Shown here: positions 12,761 to 27,675 of the stretch, one piece after another
Numbering within the stretch: the stretch's first letter is position 1
How the letters are laid out: every line of letters starts with the position of its first letter
DNA from: Octopus sinensis
Taxonomy: Eukaryota
Assembly: GCF_006345805.1 (NCBI RefSeq)
Contig: NW_021832592.1
Coordinates: forward strand, 1 to 64,000
Direction of reading: 5' to 3'
Length of the DNA: 64,000 bases
Program-made: the position numbers and the translations under genes
Notes under the pieces: generated by a model
Told to the model about the DNA's origin: nothing
The model's database searches: none
The model's input: only the letters and a program-made list of their open reading frames with translations

Positions 12761-15229
12761 ATGTCAAATAATTTGTGTCTATGAAAATGTAAATTATTTG
12801 AAGCTCATTTTCCTTTCTGCATGTCAACTCTGAGATTTAACTTCAATTCTAAGTTACAACTATTTCCCTTCCATTATAGGACCAGTGACACCTTTGTAAA
12901 AAGTTGCGAATATTGTACTATTAGATAGTCTTTTTCTTCTCTAAACTTCAAACATTGCACCTGTTTAAAAATTGATTGTATTACAGAAGTCTCTCTTTTT
13001 CCTGGCACCTTAATGATATTATTTCACTTTGCTTCACACTTACAATATTATCAATATATCAATAATGAGTTTGCGAAAGACACAAATGCCACATAGTCAC
13101 ATCTCTCACCTTTATAATACTGAGTTATTCAGCTTATATAATTATCTCTGAGTACAACTGCTTTTATTTATGTTAAGAGTTTACATCAAACCAAATGACT
13201 TTCTTTACTTGTCTGTTGTATAGGAGAAAGTTCAATAAAATAAAAAAATACAAATAATTATCTAATTTGAATTTATCTTTCTATTATAAAAGAATTAATG
13301 TTGTGCATACGTATTCAAGAAATATTACTGCAGCTTTCTATATCTTATAAGATTTAACATATCCTTAAATTTAATTTCTTTGTCACAGATATACTATATA
13401 TGTGATGTGCTGAATGCAATATCATATATGAAGGTCTGTTTGCATAATACTTAACTTATAGCAATGATAAATAGCACACATGAAGTAGAATTAACCTCTG
13501 ATTGCTATAAATTTAAGGCATTTTCAGACTGAAATTTAACCTCTGTCAAGATCCATTTGGTGATTGACTATGTTGCCAGTCTCTTCACGTTATTCGATCT
13601 CACATGCTGGTGTCAGAACACTATATATATCTGTTACAATATGACAACCAGCTTATGGTAATTTGTTATAATTTATGTAGTAAATTAAATGTGAAGCATT
13701 GATATATATATATACACATATACACACATATTTACGCACACACATATATACATATGTGTAGATATATATATTAGAGGTATATGTATGTGTAAATATATGT
13801 GTATATATGTATATGTACATATGTATATATGCGCGTGTGTGTATATATATGTGTATGTGTGTGTATATACATATATATTTATGTACATTGTGGAATTTAT
13901 AAGCTATTATGCTTCAGCTTGTGAGTACCTGAAAACTTTTAAGATACTTTGTTCTCCTCTTCCATTCTCTCTCTCTCTTTCTCTGTATATGCGCATATAT
14001 ATGTATATATATATTATATATATATATATATATATAATATATATATATATAATGCATGTATGTATGTATGTTTGTATGCATGATGCATATTTGATTGTAT
14101 TTCCTTGTATGTGTGTGTCTTTATGTGTACAGCTATTCAGTACATCATTTGGCATGTTTAAAGCACATCAGTAAGTCCATGTATCCTCACCATCATCATT
14201 GTTTTAAAGCCCACATTTCTACAGGGGTCATATAGAATTTGAAGAAAAATGAACAATAGTTTATTTCTCATTGCTTCAGATTACCAAAATGCTTGCAAAT
14301 AAATACCAGTTTTTCTTCTGTCCTGCTATAGGAGGAGAGTTATATGATACCTGTTTAGCTGTATTGAAATTAGAGATACCAACTGTTTTATAGATTATGT
14401 TCACATGAAAAAAAGGTTTAATAGTCTAAATATGTTACCTTCAAATGACTACCCATTATATCCTAGAGAATATATTTGTCATTCAACCTCCCAACCTTTA
14501 ATTGCTTAATTAATGTAGGTGTTATGAGTTTAAACAGTAGTATCTGATGATCATTTTGGATCTTTGACATTCATTATTCATAATTTGAAAAAAAAAAAAA
14601 AAGGAAATTAAAAAAAAAATCACCTTCTACACGGTTCGGTTATATTATATCCCATATCTTATTTCAATTTTTGATCTTTACTCTTGCATGTGGTCCCTCA
14701 TTATTTCATGTGTGTCAGACAGTTCGGTATGACAAAAATCCTAGAGCCCAGTATGACCGAAGACACTTATAAGATTGAATGAGTGAAAAACTAATTTAAT
14801 TCAGTTATGATTGTTTTGTTATGTGTGCAAGAAAGAAGGGGGAGACAAAACAGACAAAAGAAAATGAAAAAAAAAAAAAAAAGGCAGAATGAAAGAAAAA
14901 AAATTGCATTATTTATTTTCAACATACCATTAGATATATTTCATGCAAAATCATATATCTTCATTTATTACTGTAGACTATGTTTCTAATTACACATATG
15001 CGCATGCACACACATACATAGACACATGCACGCACATACACACACATACACACACATGGATGTGGATATATATATTGACTTGGTTATATACCAATACACT
15101 TAAATCAGTACAAATTTAAACAAAGGTAAGTACATTTAGCATATATACACTATACATATGGACGCACATACATACAAATATATATATTCTTGTATGTATG
15201 TATATATCATATATATATCTGCATTGTCT

Positions 15230-15563
15230 TACTAGCACTTGTGGTGGTGGCATGTGAAAAAACATTCGAGCGAGGTCATTGCCAGTGCCACTGGACTGGC
15301 TCCTATGCAGGTGGCACATAAAAAGGACCATTTGAGCGTGGCCGATGCCAGTACCGCATAACTGGCTCTTGTGCCGGTGGCATATAAAAGCACCCTCTAC
15401 ACTCTCGGAGTTGTTGGCGTTAGGAAGGACATCCAGCTGTAGAAACTCCGCCAGATCAGACTGGAGTCTGGTGCAGCCATCTGGTTCGCCAGACGTCATT
15501 CGAATTGACCAACCCATGCTAGCATGGAAAGCGGACGTTAAACGATGATGATGATGATGATGA
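15230..15563 (+). mobile_element. Dispersed repeat family B, longer copy with (ATG)n tail
   Basis: Shares ggcgttaggaagg.catccagctgtagaaac..gctagcatggaaagcggacgttaaacgatgatg. Confidence 0.8.
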
Positions 15564-15990
15564 TATATATATATTTATATAAATTTATGAATATATCATA
15601 TGCATTAGATATATCAAAAGGGAGAGACAGAAATATAGATAGATAGATACATAGATAGATAAAGATTTAGATAGAGAGAGAGAGAGAGAGAGAATGGAGA
15701 TAAAGAGAGTGAATTAGAGGATAAAGGAAGAGAGAGATCTAATACATACTTGCCTCAGTTACTTGTGTGATAATGTTTCCATCATGTTGCAAATGTATTA
15801 GATTTATTAGAAATGACATGAATTATAATCTTATAGAAGAAATTCTTGTGGCAGCATTTCTCATCGCACCATTGGCTTTAAATGCTAACATACCTTTCCT
15901 GATACACTGAGATACCAAATTAAATATACCTAACAATTTGCATATTTGTTTACAGTAAGTAAGTATACATCATTTCTGAGACACAAGTAT

Positions 15991-16197
15991 CCCATGTCGG
16001 TGGCACATAAAAAGCACCTACTACACTCTCGGAGTGGTTGGCGTTAGGAAGGGCATCTAGCTGTAGAAACTCTGCCAGATCAAGATTGGAGCCTGGTGCA
16101 GCCAGCCATCTGGTTCGCCAGCCCTCGGTCAACATCGTCCAACCCATGCTAGCATGGAAAGCGGACGTTAAACAATGATGATGATGATGATGATGAA
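15991..16197 (+). mobile_element. Dispersed repeat family B
   Basis: Same sequence and (ATG)n tail as 15230-15563. Confidence 0.8.
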
Positions 16198-17216
16198 GTA
16201 CTTTTCAGCAATTTTCCTATTTTATTCAAATTCAGAAATATATAAGAATTCAGTCAATTAGATCGTATAATTTTTACCTGTTAAATGCTAAGAAAAAATA
16301 TCATTGCTTATCTAATAATTTTGTTCTATCTGAGCCAAGATAACTCTGAAACCATGCATGTGTGCATGTGCATACGCATGCACACACACTTAACTGGATG
16401 CCTAATTCCACAAATTACTTGTTGTTCAGCCACAATTATAGTTACTAATCTACATACATATTTAGATGATCACAAGTAACTATACTTTATTTCTACCTGG
16501 GTAATGCAAAATATAAGAAAATGCAGTTACTGTGTATTTTATATTTGCTTGACGTTATTTGCTGGAAAATCAGATGTAAATCCAACATTCTAACCTAAAT
16601 GTATGACAAGCTCTTCAGCTGAAATACTTTCTATAACTCTCCTCCTTTTCACAGACTGTTGAATATTACTTCAAATTGATCATTAAAATTATTGCTGTTA
16701 ATGATGTGCCAGACAAGTTTTGTTAAGTTAGAAAGCTCTATGCTAAGCTGACTTAATATTAAACTGTCAATATAAGTGCAAATCTAATTAACAAAGATAC
16801 ATTTTTTTTCTTTTTATAGTGTTCTGTTAGTTCAAAACTTTTAGAGAATCACTTAATGAAATGTACATTAAGGCTGGGATTTGTGCAATATTAAGTGGCC
16901 TGATGATGTACTGAACTGATGAGCTATATAAACAGATATAATGTAATCATGCATGTGTATAGGTATGCCAGTGTGCATGTGTGCCTCTGTAAGTGTTTAC
17001 ATCATATGTATCTAACACATACATACATACATACATACATACATACATACATACATACACACATATATACATACATACATTCATACATACATTCATACAT
17101 ACATTCATACATACATGCATACATACATACATTCGCACATATATACATACATTCATACATACATACATACATACATTCATTCATACATACATACATACAT
17201 ACATACATACATACAT

Positions 17217-17253
<37 letters not shown>

Positions 17254-17718
17254 TTCATACATACATACATACATACATCATACATACATACATACATACA
17301 TCCATCCATACATACATACATACATACATTCATACATCATACATACATACATTCATACATACATACATGCATACACACACACATTCATACATACATACAT
17401 ACATACATACATACATACATACATACATACATACATACATACATACATACATACACACACATTCATACATACATACTACATACATACATACATACATACA
17501 TACAACATACATACATCCATACATACATATATACATACATACATACATACATACATACATACATACATACATACATACATACATACATACACACACACAT
17601 ATGTATGTATATTTAACATTCTGCAGTTATACATAACTAAGCTGCTGAGAGTGCGGGCGAGTGCTGTTTCCTGAATATTAACTATAGCAATGTCAATTTT
17701 GAAGATGATTATGATGCT

Positions 17719-17749
<31 letters not shown>

Positions 17750-18232
17750 ATGATTATGATATTGGCAGTGCTGTTAGCACTACTGGGGATGGTGGCAGTA
17801 TTATATTAATTCATGGATGATGATGTTGACAATAACGTTAAACGTGATTTTAATAATGACACTGAAGAAGATGGTGAAGATGGTATCAATGAAGATGGTG
17901 ATGTTTAAAAAAAAATTAAGAAAACAGAACAGTCATAGTGACTGAGAAAATAATGATGATATTAGAATTGATAATTATTTGCATAATGCTTAACAGCCAC
18001 AGATTTCATGATGATAAGAGAGAATGATTGGTCAAGAGCATGGTGTGTATTTCAATAAAATATATGAAATATGTCACGTAATAATTATTTGTGAATTATA
18101 TATCATTGTGTATCAATGTATAAAGCATATTTTCTTCTATAAACCTAAAAGATATATGTGCGTATGTTATTGTATGCATAAATTTGTAACAAGTACTATA
18201 TAGACATTTACATATATATATATATATATATA

Positions 18233-18420
18233 TTTATTATATAGAAGGAGCTTCTACAGGACTAGAACTGTTTCATTAAGCTAGTTAACAAGAATTGTAT
18301 TGGCATTTATACATTTAGGCAGGTTTAAAGGGGTGTTGGTGGGGGACTTTTTGGGGGTAGGCATAGCGCAAAAAATCATACTTGGGGGAGTGGTCAAGGA
18401 GTCAGTGTTAAATTAGATAG
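18233..18420 (-). mobile_element. Penelope-like 3' end fragment (copy 1)
   Basis: tttattatatagaaggagcttctacaggactagaactgtttcattaa is the reverse complement of 23350-23396, next to the GIY-YIG remnant. Confidence 0.65.
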
Positions 18421-18540
18421 GAGAATAAATAAAAAATAAAAAATAAAAAATAAAAAATAAAAAATAAAAAATAAAAAATTAAAAATTAAAAAATATATAT
18501 AAAAAAATATAAAAAAAATAAAAAATAAAAAATAAAAAAT

Positions 18541-18589
<49 letters not shown>

Positions 18590-19348
18590 GGGGGAATAGA
18601 GTTTTAGGTAAATAAGGAGATTCTCACTTATACCTCTACACATACACACATATATACACTCACACATACATATACATATCTACACATACACATATATATG
18701 TATACATACACACACTCACTTGCATACACGTATACACACATGTATATATACACACACAACCACACATACATATACACACAGAAAAATATATATATACACA
18801 TACACACACATATACTCACATACACGCATACACACACAAATCCATACACACACATGCACACACAGCACACTAGTCCCTATATACACATATATACACATAC
18901 ACACATATATAACACCCACACATACACATACATACACATATATACATACATACATTCATACATACATTCATACATACATTCATACATACATGCATACATA
19001 CATACATTCGCACATATATACATACATTCATACATACATACATACATACATTCATTCATACATACATACATACATACAACATACATACATACATACATAA
19101 TACATACATACACACACACAAACACACACACATTCATACATACATACATACATACATACATACATACATACATACATACATCCATCCATACATACATACA
19201 TACATACATTCATACATGCATACATACATACATTCATACATACATACATGCATACACACACACACATTCATACATACATACATACATACATACATACATA
19301 CATACATACATACATACATACATACATACATACATACACACACATTCA

Positions 19349-19380
<32 letters not shown>

Positions 19381-19451
19381 CATACATACATACATACATC
19401 CATACATACATATATACATACATACATACATACATACATACATACATACAT

Positions 19452-19482
<31 letters not shown>

Positions 19483-19600
19483 TTGTATGTATATTTAACA
19501 TTCTGCAGTTATACATAACTAAGCTGCTGAGAGTGCGGGCGAGTGCTGTTTCCTGAATATTAACTATAGCAATGTCAATTTTGAAGATGATTATGATGCT

Positions 19601-19631
<31 letters not shown>

Positions 19632-20121
19632 ATTATGATATTGGCAGTGCTGTTAGCACTACTGGGGATGGTGGCAGTAATTATATTAATTCATGGATGA
19701 TGATGTTGACAATAACGTTAAACGTGATTTTAATATGACACTGAAGAAGATGGTGAAGATGGTATCAATGAAGATGGTGATGTTTAAAAAAAAATTAAGA
19801 AAACAGAACAGTCATAGTGACTGAGAAAAAATGATGATATTAGAATTGATAATTATTTGCATAATGCTTAACAGCCACAGATTTCATGATGATAGAGAGA
19901 ATGATTGGTCAAGAGCATGGTGTGTATTTCAATAAAATATATGAAATATGTCACGTAATAATTATTTGTGAATTATATATCATTGTGTATCAATGTATAA
20001 AGCATATTTTCTTCTATAAACCTAAAAGATATATGTGCGTATGTTATTGTATGCATAAATTTGTAACAAGTACTATATAGACATTTACATATATATATAT
20101 ATATAATATATATATATATAT

Positions 20122-20310
20122 TTATTATATAGAAGGAGCTTCTACAGGACTAGAACTGTTTCATTAAGCTAGTTAACAAGAATTGTATTGGCATTTATAC
20201 ATTTAGGCAGGTTTAAGGGGGTGTTGGTGGGGGACTTTTTGGGGGTAGGCATAGCGCAAAAATCATACTTGGGGGAGTGGTCAAGGAGTCAGTGTTAAAT
20301 TAGATAGGAG
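20122..20310 (-). mobile_element. Penelope-like 3' end fragment (duplicated copy)
   Basis: Copy of 18233-18420 inside the tandem duplication. Confidence 0.65.
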
Positions 20311-20324
20311 AATAAATAAAAAAT

Positions 20325-20360
<36 letters not shown>

Positions 20361-20420
20361 AATTAAAAATTAAAAATATATAAAAAAATATAAAAAAAAT
20401 AAAAAAAAAATAAAAATAAA

Positions 20421-20453
<33 letters not shown>

Positions 20454-20509
20454 TATATATATAAAAAAGGGGGGAATAGAGTTTTAGGTAAATAAGGAGA
20501 TTCTCACTT

Positions 20510-21319
20510 ATACCTCTACACATACACACATATATACACTCACACATACATATACATATCTACACATACACATATATATGTATACATACACACACTCACT
20601 TGCATACACGTATACACACATGTATATATACACACACGACCACACATACATATACACACAGAAAAATATATATATCACATACCACACACATATACTCACA
20701 TACACGCATACACACACAAATCCATACACACACATGCACCACAGCACACTAGTCCCTATATACACATATATACACATACACACATATATAAACACCCACA
20801 CATACACATACATACACATATATATACATACATACACATACATATACATATATATATACATACACATATATATATATATATATACACATATATATACACA
20901 TATGTGTACCCATGCATACCTACACATACACACATATATATATATACATATACAAATACAGACCCATTCCCTAATTTTAATTTTATTATCTTCGTTTATT
21001 ACTTTTGTTATCTTTGGCCGCTTGGTCACAAACATCTTGGCTATGACAGCCAGACCATTTATCTGTCTACTGGAAAACAATTACTCATTCACTCACGCAC
21101 ACTCTTTAGCACGTACACTCACTCATTCGTACACTCATACGCATACACGCACGCACGCGTTATATTCATACATACATACATCTACATACATTCACGTATA
21201 TACACATACGTACGCGTACCTACAGATTCATGTATACACTCTTAGAAGGCTAGTCTATACATATACACCATAAATATAATACACACACATACATGTACAC
21301 CTACATACAAATACATACA

Positions 21320-21386
<67 letters not shown>

Positions 21387-21498
21387 GCGTACCTACAGAT
21401 TCATGTCTACACTCTTAGAAGGCTAGTCTATACATATACACCAATAAATATAAATACACCACATACATGTACACCTACATACAAATACATACATGTAC

Positions 21499-21565
<67 letters not shown>

Positions 21566-21739
21566 TCATATATATATTCATACTAACATGCATACTCAAA
21601 AAATAAGTAAATAGTAAATATATATACACGCAGTTATTCATACATGCATACTCAAAAATAAATATTAAGTATATGTACGTGCAGTTACCCTATTATATAG
21701 ACGGATACATACATATAATAAACTTACACACATAGATAT

Positions 21740-21778
<39 letters not shown>

Positions 21779-21870
21779 ATATATATATATACATATATAC
21801 ACACATATATATAAAAAAATTAAAAAATATAAATTATACATACACACATACACCTACATATACACATACC

Positions 21871-21917
<47 letters not shown>

Positions 21918-21992
21918 TATATACATATATACACACATATATATATAAATAAATATATACATACACACATACACCTACATATACACATACAC

Positions 21993-22042
<50 letters not shown>

Positions 22043-22322
22043 TATACAACACCACAACACACATACACATACATATACATACACATACATACATATATAT
22101 ACATACTTACACATGTACATATAAATACACACATAGATAACTCTACGTACCTACACATACATAAACACACGAGCGTACGCGCATATGTACATATACATAT
22201 ACCCATGCACACGCATATATATACATACATACATACACATACACACATGCATACACACACACTCACATACACATATATATACATACACACATACATACAC
22301 ATACATATATATATATATATGT

Positions 22323-22371
<49 letters not shown>

Positions 22372-22559
22372 TACATACACACACACATACACACACATAT
22401 ATATACACATGTGTGCAAACATACATACATTCTCATACAAGCACACACACTTACATTTACATATATACACACACTTACACACATATATATACATACACAC
22501 ATACATATTCACATACATATGCATACACACAAATATACATATATACATACATACATCTA

Positions 22560-22590
<31 letters not shown>

Positions 22591-22592
22591 GC

Positions 22593-22638
<46 letters not shown>

Positions 22639-22690
22639 TATATATATATACACATATTATATTTTTTTACATACATACACGCAACACACA
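20510..22690. repeat. Long compound (AC)/(AT)/(ACAT) tract with internal ~175 bp tandem duplication (about 21212-21500)
   Basis: acgcgtacctacagattcatgt..cactcttagaaggctagtctatacatatacacc occurs at about 21212 and 21385. Confidence 0.85.
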
Positions 22691-22785
22691 CATAATACAT
22701 GCGTATAATCCTACTATACCCATACATTTCTATACATATATACGATACACATCTACAAGCGTGCACATACAATATGTGAAAGGTC

Positions 22786-23310
22786 TTAGGAGAAAAGGTA
22801 ATCGGGGGTGCTAGGGGAACGGTGGGATTGGGGGGGGTTTTTGGGTGGGGTGTCATCAATCTGGTTGCCGGTAGGTCTATAGTTCTTGTAGTTCGCATAC
22901 TTCATATGCATACAATTTGGGGAGTGTTCTGAGATTTTGTTAAGGAGAGGGCCTTTGGCGAACAAGATCTCTAGGCTCTCCGATATGCAGAGGTCACAGC
23001 AGGTATGGCCTCCTGTGTATGAGCGCGCCTTCTGTAGTAGTTTGCACTTGGTCTTGAAGGGGATGGAATTCCTTTTAAGGTACCAGATGTGGGCGGCGAG
23101 GGTAGTTTGGTTGGATTTATCCTGTCGCCGGAACGAGTGTGTGTGTGCGTACCAACGGGTCTTAAAGCTGTTTGACGTCATTCCTATGTAGGATTTTCTT
23201 TTATCGTCAGGGCCTGATCTTACCTCGCATGTATATACTAGGTCCCTCTGTAGGCAGTTGTTGTTGAGGGGGCAGGTAGTTTTATCAGGGCAGTTGCAAT
23301 TGCTATCGGA
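22786..23310 (-). pseudogene. Penelope-like element GIY-YIG endonuclease remnant
   Basis: CNC..(frameshift)CPLNNNCLQRDLVYTCEV..YIGMTSNSFKTRWYAHTHSF..TTLAAHIWYLK..CDLCISE..LLNKISE..CMH: split VY/YIG motifs plus the conserved R, H and Cys clusters of PLE endonucleases. Confidence 0.85.
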
Positions 23311-23340
23311 CGTTGGATGGGCCTCGGAAAAAGTAGGTAT

Positions 23341-23468
23341 GTTAATTTGTTAATGAAACAGTTCTAGTCCTGTAGAAGCTCCTTCTATATAATAAATTAA
23401 TTTTACTCTGCTATGTATTGAGTACCTTATTTACTGTGGTTAACCCCGAATCAACCCGGGACCTACAT
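23341..23468 (+). mobile_element. Penelope-like 3' terminus in opposite orientation to the adjacent endonuclease
   Basis: taatgaaacagttctagtcc..aataaa..acctac followed by (AT)n; orientation inferred from the 18.2 kb copy. Confidence 0.55.
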
Positions 23469-23797
23469 ATATATATATTATATATATAAATAAATGTATG
23501 TATGTATGCCTGTATGTATTGTGTGTATGTATATGTGTGTATATATATATCATATATATAAAAATGTATGTATATTATGTATGTATGTATGTATGGATAT
23601 ATATAGCAACATATAGGAAGGACAACACTGTTGATTGGCTAGAAGCTATATTGAGAGACAAGGCTTGTAGCTGCCACTAATATTTTTATTATGAGCCCAA
23701 ACTAGGGCTATCAACTGATGGTTAACCATTCTAATTCAGCCAGCTATTTAACTAAAATATTTTAAAATATATATATATGTGCATATATATGTGTACA

Positions 23798-23849
<52 letters not shown>

Positions 23850-24202
23850 GTATATATACTTATACTCACAAATATATATAACGATGCAAATATCTGAAAA
23901 TGCATATTCACATAGGTGTATATAAGTATGGTTGTATGCAAGTATGTGTGTGTATGTATGATTTTTCTTGGAGTTTAGTTTATGTTCTTCCTGAGAGAGT
24001 TCAAGCTAGTTGCTAAAATTAGCAGCAAGACTTTTTTATTTAAGAGAGACCCTGGTGTGTGTATGTATCCAAAGGAAAAAAGACAAAGAAATTTCCTTAA
24101 CACATCTTTATTATAAGTTACAAGTTACAATTGTTTCTGTACCATGTATGTGTGTGTGTGTGTGTGTGTGCATGTGTGTGTGTGAGTGTGTGTGTGTTGT
24201 GT

Positions 24203-24249
<47 letters not shown>

Positions 24250-24479
24250 TGTGTGTGTGCATGTGTGTGAATGAATCTAGTGTAGATTCACTGCTGTTTG
24301 TGTTGTTTAAATGTAATTTAATCTTGCCAGGTGACTGGGAAGAATCTGCTGAAGACACCAAATGATAAAGGCCTCAGTGTTAGCTGTGTATGTGTGTGCA
24401 TGTGTGTGTGAGGTATGGACCACACACACACACACACACACACACACAATGTGCAGTTATTAGAAATGACTGTAACCTA

Positions 24480-25330
24480 GTGATCTGAATTGGGAGGGAA
24501 TGGTTAGATGTTGCTGTAGTATTGAGAAAGTTGGGAGTAGAGCATATGCTGTTGGATATAAACTCTGAGGTCCATTCTTTGAGTATGAGCTCCCATAGTA
24601 CAATGATACAATATACTGTAGGTCAGTGATCTATTTTGATCTGATCTTAGTGGTGGTATGCAACTTTCTGATGTTAGAATGCTACCCTATTGAGTCAAAA
24701 GTAAGTAGTAACTCCCATTTTCCTTCCTATTCTTTTGCATGGTTACAATGATGAAGAAAATAATAGACAGTATAGGAGTCAGCATGCAGTCTTGCCTCAT
24801 TCCCATTTTTTTCTCTTTTTCTGAAGGCTCAGATTCCTGATCTCCAATGATAACTCAAACCAATGACCTTTTGCAAATCATTGATAAAGGAATTTGTGAA
24901 TTTGGTCATGTAACTAAATTTTCTTGGAACATCCCACAGAAGTTCTCTTTTTACTGAATAGGGAAGTTTTGATAGATCCACAAATGTGATGTTACCTTCT
25001 TTCTGCATTTCTCCAAAAGCTTTCTATTAACAAGAGGGTTTTCGGTATGTAATGTGAATCCAGTCTAACTTGCATTTCCTCCCTCCTATAAGACCCTTAA
25101 CTACCAGTTTCACCATTGCCAACATCTGGCTCGAAGATGAAAGAAATATTTCAAAGTGGTTTTGGATTACTTTGGAGAGTAGTAATATCAACCCTTTAAG
25201 AATAGCAGATATCAGTACTTACCATATATTGTTAGTTAGGGATAGGGATTGAAATATAGAGAAGAAACACAATTGACATCATCTGGAGAAGCAAGGAAAG
25301 AGGCATGCACGTGCAGAAATACTGAACTTC
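24480..25330 (-). pseudogene. Heavily decayed RTE-type reverse transcriptase fragment
   Basis: Minus strand gives LLEKCRK..ITFVDLSK..SVKRELLWDV and GMRQDCMLTPILSIIF, corresponding to RQLLEKCRE..FVDL.KAFDSV.R..LW and GVRQGC.L.P.LF. Confidence 0.6.
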
Positions 25331-25469
25331 ATCAGTCAAAAATGTACATGTCTTAGCTTGATGCTTACCACCAAGCACTGGGGTGTATGTATAGATATGG
25401 TCATCCTTGGATAAATAAAGTACTATGATAAAAATATACAGATATATGTTTGAATATTATTTATATAGG

Positions 25470-25781
25470 TACAGGAGTGATTGCATGGTAAGTAGCTTGG
25501 TTACCAGCAACATGGTTCCAGGTTCAGTCCCACTGCAGGGCATTTACTATAGCCTCAGGCCAACAAAGACTTGTGAGTGGATTTGGTAGACAGAAGCTGA
25601 AGAAGCCTGTTGTGTGTGTATATATATATACATATATATAGCAAATTACATTATTTACTAATTAGAGTTCGAAACCTTGGTCCAGGAGAAAGATGGTAAT
25701 TATTTTTATTTTTCATTCCCTTCGAAATTACCCCTAATAGTGGTTTGGATTTTGGCTACTCCTTCTAGCGTATTAGATGTC

Positions 25782-25850
<69 letters not shown>

Positions 25851-26065
25851 ATAAGTTTGTGTGTCTGTGTTTGTCCCCCACCACCATCGCTTCACAACCA
25901 ATGTTGGTGTGTTTACATTCCTGTAACTTAGGAGTTCGGCAAAAGAGGCCGATAGAGTAAGTACTAAACTCACAAAGAATAAGTCCTGGGATCAATTTGC
26001 TTGACTAATGGTGGTGCTCCAGTATAGCCACAGTCAAATGACTGAAACAAATAAAAGAAAAAAAA
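25470..26065 (+). mobile_element. SINE family A, interrupted in its internal microsatellite
   Basis: tRNA-like head (tggtaagtagc, ggttcagtccc) and 3' half gtgtctgtgtttgtcccc..gtcaaatgactgaaacaa match 42961-43365. Confidence 0.85.
25641..25784 (+). mobile_element. 144 bp insert in (TA)n, probable Penelope-type 3' end
   Basis: Absent from other family A copies; flanked by TA runs; contains GAAACC-UU-GGUC (hammerhead 3' half). Confidence 0.45.
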
Positions 26066-26209
26066 GAATAAGGAATATATATATATATGTACGTACGTGC
26101 GTACGTACGTATGTATGTATGTACGTATGTATGTATGTATGTATGTATGTATGTATGTATGCATGCATGCATGCATGCATGCATGTATGTATGTATGTAT
26201 GTATGTATG

Positions 26210-26245
<36 letters not shown>

Positions 26246-26317
26246 TTGCAAGAATTTTTACGTGAAATTCCTAAATACAACAATATATATATATATAATA
26301 AATATATATATTATATA

Positions 26318-26485
26318 TATTCTCTATTTTCTCTCCTTGTTTCTTTCTGTGTTCCTTTCAGTGGAAGAGCGTAGGCTTGAAACGTTAAAGACCTTTTCAC
26401 TTCCTGAGTGTTAGACTAATCATCTGTTTGTTGCCTACATCACCTGTCTTCATCTTTTGTTTTTTTGGTGAATTCTCCCCTATAT
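26318..26485 (+). mobile_element. Penelope-like 3' end with degenerate hammerhead (26355-26390)
   Basis: CUUU-CAGUGGA-a-GAGC(GUAG)GCUU-GAAACGUU-AAAG; tail homologous to 5256-5360; flanked by (TA)n. Confidence 0.6.
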
Positions 26486-27675
26486 ATAAATAAATATTTA
26501 TACATATATATATATACATGCATATATACCTGCATTTGTATAAATCTCTTTGTACAACTGTGTGTGTGTGTGTTTACATTCGTATATAGGAGTATAATGA
26601 AGACTTCTCTCTTAACCATCAGCATGATACTAGGAAAATATATTATCATTATCATCATCATCATCATCATCTTTATCCTTAATAGAACTGGGAAAAATAT
26701 ACCAAAGTCTACTACAAAATTGTTGCTGCTTCTTCAAAGAGGCTCTCATAGTAAATGGGCAGTGCATTAGTTTAAAAGAAAAGAAAAGAAAAAATCGAAA
26801 GAAAGAGATGGAGAGAGAGAGAAAAAAAGAAAGAATGAGTGAGAAAGGTGTGTCACAAACAATGAAGTAAAGTAAAAGAAGTACTGAAATAAAATTTGAA
26901 AGAAAAAAAAATGATATATTTAAAACCACAAAAACATAATTTATACAAATAGTAATGATTATGAATCTGAACCATTTCATACACATAGCATGTATCGCGT
27001 AGATGCCAGCAAGTTGATGTCAGCTGCAATTAAAATCTACTTCGGCAAGTGCAAGTGAATGATTTTGTACGAAAAGAAAAGAGTTGCCTCCCTTCAATAA
27101 CTCTTTCCGTGCTTATTTTCCAGTATGTTTTCTTAAAAGGATTTACAAAATATATTTATAAATTGAATGGTTTTCTTGATAAGCCGTCCCTCCCTCATCT
27201 GGCACGCATTAGTAACAATAATAAATTTCCTTATTCACAAAAATAGAAACCCATTAAAAGAATCTATTTTTATCAAAGAATGAAGTGAAGGGTGAAAATA
27301 CTACAGTAGGAGAAAAATAAGGAAAAGAATTTTGAAAGGTGATTGCTGAAATTAATCATAATCACGTTGAACCTTTTAAATCTGACATGAAGGAATTTCA
27401 AATTATTTGATAATTCTGTTATTAGAATATCACATGTATTTCAGTAAATATTTCTAGATAAGCTCAAGGTATTCGTGATGTTGCAGAGTAAATTTTCTCA
27501 AAGTTAATCACTATCACCCGGAAACCTATGGCATGTCACTGTTTGCTCACATGACATAGGTTCACTATCACTGTGATAGGAAACCAGTATTATAAATATT
27601 GGTTGGCTAAAAATTGTCATAGATTTATTTCCTGATGATGTGACTAACTATTATATTAATATTATTTTAGATTTA

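Larger units (their letters stand above)
17055..20825. repeat. Tandem duplication of a ~1.88 kb unit (about 17055-18935 and 18936-20825)
   Basis: ctgcagttat at 17621 and 19503; tagtccctat at 18871 and 20750; breakpoints lie in (ACAT)/(AC) microsatellite. Confidence 0.9.
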
